A DNA stretch of 64,000 nt from the human T2T-CHM13v2.0 reference genome, Homo sapiens, in NCBI RefSeq assembly GCF_009914755.1, contig NC_060926.1. The stretch is one strand, 5' to 3'. A program made the position numbers and the translations under genes. A model generated the notes under the pieces. The model worked only from the letters and a program-made list of their open reading frames with translations, searched no databases and was not told the origin of the DNA. Of this stretch, positions 53,911-64,000 are shown one piece after another. Every line of letters begins with the position of its first letter. Positions within the stretch are counted from its first letter, which is position 1.

Positions 53911-55574
53911 TCACCCAAACGTGTATGCATTACTTCCCAAATACACTGATCACATAAATACATACACACATACATACATACATACAGCTTTTTGCTCTAC
54001 AGCAACATCTTTTGTGCTTAGGGTTTTTTGGAACACATTTTGGAAAACAGTGCCCCAGGACAAAGTAGTCTCTTCTTATCCACCCATGGTAACGTGCACT
54101 TTAGCATTTGACCTCCAGGAAGATGTTTATTTGAAGACCTTATTTAAAGCAAATAAACCATATATTTGCTTTAAATTGATGACAGTCTTATATTTACAAA
54201 CATTCTGCTTTATACAGCCACATTCATTAACCCAATTGAGTCTTGAACAGCCCCGTTAGGGAGACAGGCCAGATCAGAAAGGTTAGCCCCAGGTCCCACT
54301 TAGCAAACACCCACCCCCTCTAGCCTCTGTTCGGTGCTGTAACTTCAGTGTTCCACGTGAGTAAACTGAGGCACGGTGGTGGAGAGTAACTTTTCTCAGA
54401 ATGAGGTATAGGATCTGGGCTTCCATTTCAGGAGTTACTGTTCAATTGTTAAGTGATTTTAAAAGATTCGATGTCTGTGGACTGCCTGTCCTTTCATATC
54501 TTGTGCTCTGAGTAATCAGCTCTACCTGGAAGAGAGAAACAGAAGCCTGGCACTCACAGAGGGGCAGGAGAGAGAATGAGTATGAAAGTTCACCCCTCTT
54601 CTTCTCCCCAAAGTGAAAACAGCTTGTCTTTGCCCCAAATGAAAAGAGTCAGACCTTGACACCTTAAATTACAGATAAGTTCCAAAACCAAAGAGGTAGC
54701 TCTAAACACTGACACCAATTTTCAGGGAGAAAGGCAGCCACCCCCGGGTCCCTCCTCCTAACTCACCATCCCTTATCAGTAGATCAGGGACCAGACATGG
54801 TCTTCCGGACCATGAAAGATCTGGAAAGACAGAGCCACATCAGAGTGCTGGCTTTGCACTAAATCCTCATGCTTCTATGTGGAATTCAGCAGGAAGAAGG
54901 GAAGCCCTTCTTATTTACTATAACAAAATAGTAAACACTTCCTCTAACACTGGGATAGGAAGGTTTCATCAATTCACCGTGGCAAGGGGTACAGATTATT
55001 GTTGTACTTTGACTCATTCCAATAAGCGAGTAGCCGAAGCTGACCCCTGACCCCTGTGGTTGGGGGTCATCCTCACTTCCCCACCTCTCATCCCACCATT
55101 ACCCCAACACTCAGGACCAGCTGCACAGAGCCCCCACAGAATGAGAGGGAGGTGGGGAGGAAGAAACGACAAGGTTGGGGATAGCGAATACATGGGTTGG
55201 TGAGATGATCACCCTCAGATTCTAAAATAGGCCAAAATGTAAGAAACAATAGTAATTATACAGGCGATACATTAATTTATTTTCATTACACTATTTAAAC
55301 AATATGGAAGTTTATTTAGTTAAAATCGGAGTTCGCTCTTCACTTCCTTTCCTACCATAACTGTGAATACCTCAGAGGGTGTCCTTTCAGATTTTACATC
55401 TGCATGACATGCAGATATATGCATGTAAACAATTTTGACCTAGATGGGTTTGAAAGTCCCTGCCCCCAAGATCATGGCTGGAAAAAAATGACAAGGGAAC
55501 ATTTCTAGAAAAGATAGAAAATGTCAGAGACCAGAGACACTGCTTCATCCCTAGTCATGGTGCCAAGGGACTTA

Positions 55575-56011
55575 CTTTACATCAAATTCCCTGGAACCAG
55601 ACTCTGTGTCAGAGATTGTGGTACAGAGCAATTTGGGAAACACTCAGGAACAACCCCTGTCAGGGAAAAGGGAAAGCAGGAGGAGGCAGGTGAGGAAGTT
55701 GAAGTGTGGTGCGGTTGTAACAGAAGCTTCCTTCTTCCCTTGGGGAGCTCTGGAGGTGGGTTGCCCTTCTGAGCTGTTCCAAGTTACAGCAAGGGAGCCC
55801 AGCTTTTCTATTCCTAAGTCAACTAATTGGCTGCAGGGTCCCCCGGAAGAATGGGAGTAAGATTGGGTAAGGCCACTGCCTTCTGCCAGGGCTGGTTCTA
55901 GAGAAAGACCAGCTGTGGACCATCAGCAGCTGATTCTCCCTGGGCAGCTAGCACAATGGATGCCTTGGTCTTGAAGCGGGGATCTGGGATGCCCACCACA
56001 GCCTCTACCAC
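55575..56011 (-). mobile_element. ERVL solo LTR, LTR16 family
   Basis: Reverse complement begins gtggtagaggctgtggtgggcatcccagatccccgcttcaagacc, like LTR16A-type 5' ends. Confidence 0.75.
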
Positions 56012-57379
56012 TGAATTCTCAGATGTTTCAAAACATTTTCTCAGAAAATAGCATCTCTTCCAGAAAGAATGAGGAGTAAATGGGGTAGGAAGGAAACTTG
56101 TTAAGTGAACAGATAAGAGGATGTCACCACCCCAGTGTTGACACAGCTCCTGGATCTGAATGGCAAGGCTAATACCAAATGTCCCCACAACTTCCTAGAA
56201 TGTTGCACTATGCCATATCCTGGGCAACGCCAGCCTCAGAACCACAATTACAATCGCCAATAAGACAATAAGAAATGACTTTCCTTTCCCTCCTCTTTGG
56301 CCCAGGTTGTTGAGTTCTACTGGACAAATTCTACCTGTGTGTTTGGAAAGAAAAAAACAAAAACTTTCTTTTCTTTATAAACAATAATAGAGCAATGGAA
56401 AGCTTTCTTGGAAACCTCATTGTTGCATCAGGCACAAACCTCCCAAGGTGCATGCTCTCAGCCCTGTGCCACAGCCAGCAGCCACACAGACCCAGAGCTC
56501 CTGGTGCCCTGCTCACCTGGCTGTTTTCTTTCCTTCTGGACTCAGCAAGAATGCCCAGCTCCAGCCAAGAGCTGAGATCCCAAGTGTCTGGGGTCAACAT
56601 TGGTAGTCTTTGGGTGACATGTTCAAAGTATCACATCGATTTTGTTTTCCTGCAAACAATCATAATGAACATCCACTGAAACCTTCCTAAACCAGGCCTA
56701 GGCCAGTGTGCTTTCCTAGGAAACCTTCCCAAGTTCCTTCACGGAGGATTTCTATCCAGCAAGAAGTGTTCAAAATTGTCCTTACTAATCTCAAAATAAC
56801 ACCATCATTATCAGTACTCATGGTGAAAATGGCCAATAAACGTACCTCAGGGTCTTGGGCTCCTGCTCTACAAAATGGGACGCTGCCTGTCTGCACTAAA
56901 CTTTGCAGAGCAGGTCAGAGAATAGACAGTGCCTCCTGCAGCACTTGGGAACACAAACTTTGTAAACAAAAAGTAGAACTAACTGACCAACCTAGCAGCA
57001 TGACCTTGTCCATCCATTCTAGAATATGAGAGATTTCAATTGTAATGGTGCAACTAGCACAGAATAAATTATTGTATGTGTTAACTCAAACACAGGGGCC
57101 TTTTTCCCGGTAGCTTCATATAAATACAAAACTGCTTTTGAGGCTCTAGGAAAAGATGGTCAGGGAAGGGTTGTTATTTAGGGGATTTATCTTTAAACAC
57201 CTTTTTTCCACACTTTTTAACAAAGATTGGTAATGCTTGGCCAATTTTCCACTTGCCAGTGACTTACAGGAAAATACTACAGAAAAACAAGGACCAAAGG
57301 GTCCCAAACACCTCTGCACCTATTTCTCCTGCAGAAATCTTGCATTCAAAGTGGGGATACAGTATATGTCCTACATCAC

Positions 57380-57590
57380 AGTAGCTAACACCTGCAGAGC
57401 ACTGACCCGGACCAGGAACTATAATGAAGCCCTTCACATGATTAAGTCACTTCATCCTTACAATTACCCCAGTTTACTATTGTTATTCTCAATTTATAGA
57501 TGAGAAAACTGAGGCCCAGAGTGCTAAGCGACCTGCAATCAGCAACCCAGGAGTCTGTGTACTTAATCATGATGCTATCCTGCTTCCAGA
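57380..57590 (-). mobile_element. MIR
   Basis: tctcaatttatagatgagaaaactgaggcccagag. Confidence 0.85.
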
Positions 57591-58019
57591 GTGGAAAAAC
57601 CTGACAAGGAGTGCTTTTACTTTGAATCCTTTAGTTGTCTTTATTTTCCAAATTCTCTTTGAGACAGGTAGAACCAGAGCTGCCCAATCCATGAAAACAC
57701 TGGACCTCCATGACTTAACTGAGTCACAAAATTAATCAGTGATGGAACACAGAATGGAACCTAATCCAACACGTAGCACAGATCCTTACAGTTCAGCCAA
57801 GCAGACAGAAAACTCAGACTGAAGACAGACGTCTGCTCCTGATCAGAAGGCAAGCAGACCCACATGCTGGACAAGGGTGAGAGGTGATTGCTAAGCTCAG
57901 CCAACAGTAGCCCTAAAGCATATCACATCCTCCCTCTATTTCATCCTGGGCAAGGGTTTGAACCTGTCTGGGCCTCCTTCTAGGAGCAATGACAGGAGTC
58001 AATACATTTCAAAAACAAA

Positions 58020-58215
58020 ACAATAATGGACATTTGCACTATCCTTAATCATTTCCAAAACATTCCAAATGCATCATCTCATTTAGTTCTTCTAACAGCC
58101 CTGTGAAGAAAGTTTTATGGTATTCATTTTAGAGATATAGAAACTGAGGCTCACAAAAGTTCTGATTGATCCAGACTCACATAGCTCAGTCTTCATGCTT
58201 GATCCCACGCTGTCT
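58020..58215 (-). mobile_element. MIR
   Basis: catcatctcatttagttcttctaacagccctgtga...cattttagagatatagaaactgaggctca. Confidence 0.8.
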
Positions 58216-58623
58216 CCACTATGTCCTTTCAACTGTTTTCTGGTTCAAGATCCAGCGGTTGAAGGTCAAGTTCAAAGAGAAGGCTGGGGAAATCTAGACC
58301 TAGACCATCAAACCAGAAACTGCTCATCCCCAGTACTTCAAATATATTATTACCAAATGCAAGAGACTGTTGGTTTTTATTATTTAACCAAACAGGATCT
58401 GTTCCATGCACATTCCCACTGCTAATCAGACATGGTGAATCACAAAAAGACATTGTTTTCCATGTTTTTATCTGTTTGCCTGATTCCTGGCCCACTGGTT
58501 AAAACTCTGAGAGACCCTAAGATGCCAGTGGTCAACTTGTGCAATCCAAGTATTATGTGATCAAAACACTGAACTGCCCTAATACAGTGTTTTTGTTTGA
58601 TTTTTTTACTAAAACACCACTGA

Positions 58624-58928
<305 letters not shown>

Positions 58929-58939
58929 AATATATTTTA

Positions 58940-59115
58940 TGTTAGTAAGTCATTTATTTCTCCCAACAACCCTATGAGATAGTCACTATTGTTATTTTAT
59001 TGTTTATCTTACAGATAAAAAAAATTAAGACACAGAAAGGCTCAGGGACCTGCTTATCAGTGTCAGAGCCATGATTCAGGTACGGGCATCTGATTCAGGA
59101 CTCTGCTCCTAACTG
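58940..59115 (-). mobile_element. MIR
   Basis: caacaaccctatgagatag...tcttacagataaaaaaaattaagacacagaaagg. Confidence 0.7.
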
Positions 59116-59214
59116 TGGACTCCAGAGAGCTTAGTAAGAACTTCACAAGCAGCAGTTCTCTAGGATTTGACTGGAGGGTTTGAGGATAGGAGTTTTGTTG
59201 TTTTGTAGGGTTAA

Positions 59215-59630
<416 letters not shown>

Positions 59631-60319
59631 TAAAATACAAATCTTGGAAGGGCAATGTCTAGAACCATTATCAGTAAATATCTTAGTTCTCAAGTAACGA
59701 ATTAGCAGAAAATGGAAATGAGCCTCTGTAGAGACTTGGCAATACCCAAAATGACAAAATGAAGGGAAAGGATAGGGAGATGGAAGGTTCCCAAAACCAA
59801 ATGCCACCTTTCCTCTCTCCCCTAGCTCTTTATGGCACAGTGCACACCTGTATTAATGACCACTCTGCTTACCAAACAGAAATCTATGGAAGACATAAAG
59901 ATGGATGGGTTAGTCCGGAGATGCACAGCCTGGCTCTCAACTCCTCCAGGCCAGGCCAGCTGCTGTTCTCCTCACATTTTGGCCCCTACAAGATTACCCC
60001 TACTTCTGATATAAAGACATGTCATCGTGTCTCAAGCGGCAGCTCTCCCAATCTTAGCGAGGCTCAATCTTGCAACCTTTCCCTTAGCCAGACCCAGCCT
60101 CCCAGAGACTCTGAGAGAGGACCCCCACTTCTCCCTCAGCAGCCACTGCCATTTACCCAATACTTATTTCCTACTTCTTCGTAGTTTATTGTATCAGGCT
60201 ATCTTACTTCCATCTGTCTGAGTCAGTCAAGTACTATTTTGAAGAAGGCAAAGTAGTAATTCATATATCAGCAGGTAGGTAAACATGGAAATCACACCAA
60301 CAACAAAGCCAGAAGCAAT

Positions 60320-60560
60320 AATGATAACAGTAACCACAACAGTGACCATGTGTGGAATGCTCCTGTATGCCCTGTGCTTTACATAGCTGATTTCATGTCA
60401 CTCTCTCAACACACCTTCGAGGTAAGTATGCTTTACAGATGGGGAACTGAGGCTCGGGAATTTAAGTAACATGCCCACCTCAACCAGAAAGTACTAAGGC
60501 CCAGCTCCATCTGTGGGGCTGTCTTTCTGCAAAGTTCAGGCTTTTAATCCACTAGACTCT
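60320..60560 (-). mobile_element. MIR
   Basis: tttacagatggggaactgaggctcgggaatttaagtaacatgccca. Confidence 0.85.
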
Positions 60561-60659
60561 AGCCTAGACTCTTTAATCCACTCTACAACCAGGCAGGCTT
60601 TGGTTAAAGGAATTGATGTATTTCTTTGTTTTCCCCAGAATACTTGCTAAATTGATGTA

Positions 60660-61370
60660 CTGCTATTGTTAAGAGTTCAGTCAACTACAAAGATTGAAAG
60701 GAGAATCCTCACAAGGCTTCCCTCATTTCAAACACTAGCTGCAAGTTTGGGGGTATCCATGCCATCCTCATGACACATCAGCTGGCTACTAATTTGGGAG
60801 ATTCACACAAATACCCTCAGGTTTGATAATTCACTAGAATGATTCAGAGAACTCTGGAAGGCGCTATGCTTGTGATTTTATTATAGGAAAAGGATACACA
60901 TTTAAATCTGCAAAGAGAAGAGACACATAGGGCGGAATCCAGGAGGGGTCTAAAGGCAAAGCTTCTGAGTTTCCTCTCCCCATAGAGTCGTGGATGGTGT
61001 TGCCTCCTCCTGGCCACAGTGTGAGACAATGCACACAGAGTATTGTGAACAAAGGATGCTCACCCAAGCCTTTAGTGTCCAGAGTTTTCCTTGGGGCTTA
61101 GTCACATAATGTCCACATGGTTGACTTTCAGTCTCCAGCCCTCAGTGGAGGCTCAGGCCAATACCTTATGCCTCTAGTTCCCATGGAGGTTAGAACTGAT
61201 ATGGTGTGTCCCAAAGCCCCCATTATGAAACACACTATTGGACTGTCCAGTTGCCAAAGCCCCCAGACAAACAAAGACATCGGGCTGGACACTTCAGGGG
61301 CCCAGAGATTGCCTCCCAGGAGCCAAGGGCAAAGGCCAGACCCCTCTTTTGGTCAATTCTTCAGTACACA
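60660..61370 (-). mobile_element. ERVL-class LTR, MER21/MER77 family
   Basis: ctcaggtttgataattcactagaatgattcagagaactc...aggatacac...agattgcctcccaggagccaagggcaaaggccagacc...ttcttcagtacaca. Confidence 0.8.
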
Positions 61371-61622
61371 ACTGTATATATAACACCAAAGTGCCACGAC
61401 ACAGATAAAAATAGAAAAAGATAGACAGAGGAGCAAGAGAATTAGAGAGAGAAAAAGAGATAATATCCACAATCTGAATTTTAGAGTGGAAATAAACTTC
61501 AAAAGAGCACGTGCCCTAGTACCTGGGTTCAAGCACATAACATATGAGACTGTACTGAGAGGGTCTAGAAAGGTTGTCCAAGATCCCATAGAGGTAGACT
61601 GGAAAAAAGTCTGTGATCCTGA

Positions 61623-61973
<351 letters not shown>

Positions 61974-62475
61974 TGATTTCTACTAAAAAAATCCATTCCC
62001 CTCTATCGTGATGCCACATATTCTCCCCTCCAAATCTCATTTGCCTATCCAAAATGTCGCATCAGTAGCCTGGGGTTTGCTGACACACACATCTCTCAAT
62101 ACACAGCATGTTCAATAGGCCCTCCTTTCCTGTGCCCCCTTTGAAGATTCCAGGCAGGATCTTATAGTGAGTGGTCTACTATCATCCAGTTTCTCAACTA
62201 CTGAAGCCTGCGGGCTCACATCAAGAGCTCTGGGGATCCAATCCACTCCAGAGCATCTGGGGAAAAGCCACCTGCTCCTGGATTCTAGGTGTGGTTCCAG
62301 AAGGGACCACCATCTCTGCTAAGACACACACCATCCCTGCCAGGAGCATCTGTGCAGGGCCAGGACAACACCATGACAAGAGGAAGACTCAAGTCCTTAC
62401 TCTGCCCCAACAAGCTCTTCCAGGTCTCCGGGTTTCCCTTTTATTCTTTGTGAAATGAAAGCCTTAGCTTAGAAT

Positions 62476-62637
62476 CTTGATGCTCCAAGTGGGGTCCAAT
62501 GACCAGCACAGGGCATTACCAGGGTGCTTTCTGGAAATGCAGACTTTCCAGCCCCACCTCAAGACTACCACATTTAGATCTGCATTTTGACAAGAACTCC
62601 AAGTGATTCCTGTGAGCATGAAAGTTTAAGAGACACC
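62476..62637. mobile_element. MER5A-like MITE
   Basis: caagtggggtccaatgaccagca...gaaatgcagac...ccccacctcaagac...tctgcattttgacaag...gtgattcc...aaagtttaaga. Confidence 0.8.
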
Positions 62638-63920
62638 AACTTACAGCATCATCTCTAGGTCCTTCCCAAGACCTACACGCTGTGATTCTTGAAAGGCTCA
62701 ATTTCCAAACCTCTGGATTGAGACATCTCTTAGAACTGGGGGAAGCCAAGCTTCTAATCAGGAGTGGTCAGAACGTGGAGTCACAGAAGGCGTCTGTGAA
62801 ACCCAAAGCCCTTGGACAGGCAACGCTGGGACCGGGAAGCGGGCGGAGGAGAGCGGTTCATTTTTTCCATAGGCATGCTGTGTGTGCCAGCTGAGGTCTT
62901 TAATGTAAACCCTCCTGTGCTCCGACCTAAACAATGAGCGTAATTATGGGCTGTCTTACCCCCTTCAGACACAGGGCTTGGGGTCGGCCCTCCACAGGGT
63001 CCTGCAGGAGGTCTTGTTTCTGAGTCAGGGGGGCCTCTGTTTAACCAGAGCAGACCCAACTCTGCGGGGCAAAGTTGACATACCAGCATAATTACACGTA
63101 GGTTGACCATATTTACTGCAACTCTGTTGTTCTAGAATTTCAAACAAAGGCTGAACCCTAGGAAAACACACCACTAAGAAGAAGCAGATTGTCCTGAGTG
63201 ATTTATTGAAGAACAAAAGTGAGGGAAAGAAAAAGAAGAGAATTATCAGAGACTCACACATACTTCCCTTTCCTCCTGTCTGGCCTAAGGAGAACAACCA
63301 GTGACCACCGTGTTCCCTCCCTCCCCAACGGAAAGGCCTCAAAACACTGACATTTTGCTTTTTCAGAGACACGTCTTCATGCAGCCACATCAGATCCCAA
63401 AAATCCATCTAGACTCACTGGAAGAAAGCAGGCGGCGGCAGGGTCAGGGGGAGAGAGCTCTCCTCTTCCCTTCTGACTCACTTCACTCACTCCCCACTGC
63501 CCCCTCCATGACATGCACCTACATTTCATACAGATATTTTCCAAATGAACAGAAACCTAACCAAGGCTGGAATTTGGCTTTAGAGAAGCCAGAAGAACAG
63601 GTCAGGTATGTTACTATTCTTTTACTTTGGGAGGTGACTGGTAGGAAGGCTCTGAGTAAGAGCCAGAACTCTTTGGCCTCAGGTTTTTCCCATGTAAATT
63701 CATCACTGTGATGGAAAGCAGTGGCATTTCCAATGCGCAGCTGAGAACTTGCATTGACCCAGCAATTACAGGAAAGGGGCAGTTAGAAATCAGCAGTTAG
63801 GAAACAGCCCCTCACCCAAGAATTAAAACTTGCATACATATGATTTAGATATTCCCAATAGATCAGGGCTAGAGGGATCTCAGAGTATTTGCTTGTAGTT
63901 GCCAACCCTGTCCCCCCCCC

Positions 63921-63923
<3 letters not shown>

Positions 63924-63961
<38 letters not shown>
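63924..63961. repeat. (AC)n microsatellite
   Basis: Read directly. Confidence 0.97.
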
Positions 63962-63964
<3 letters not shown>

Positions 63965-64000
63965 TACAATTATAGCTCCCTAGCCAAGGAAGACTTATGA

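Overview
Primate (human-like) non-coding genomic DNA, either intronic or intergenic. I recognise no protein-coding exon, RNA gene or pseudogene, and I cannot name a host gene. The supplied ORFs are chance ORFs or read-throughs of Alu, L1 and simple repeats. A large part of the window is interspersed repeat, called by eye from remembered consensus sequences, so subfamily names and non-Alu boundaries are approximate. It includes 14 Alus (many with visible target-site duplications), two long old L1M remnants, a complete Tigger2-family element with TA TSDs, a hAT-Tip100 (Zaphod-like) remnant, several solo LTRs, and many L2, MIR and MER fragments. I found no convincing new biological system. The most unusual feature is a 118-bp segment at 6335-6452 that is about 91% identical to 7930-8047. 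It sits inside an unrelated L1 and has a fold-back hairpin at each junction, which looks like a templated DNA-repair insertion. Other items worth checking are a motif-dense, repeat-poor first 4 kb, a PAX3/7-type palindromic triplication at 34.1 kb, an isolated 54-nt hairpin at 46.3 kb, Alu-tail repeats, inverted Alu pairs and a few exon-shaped windows.
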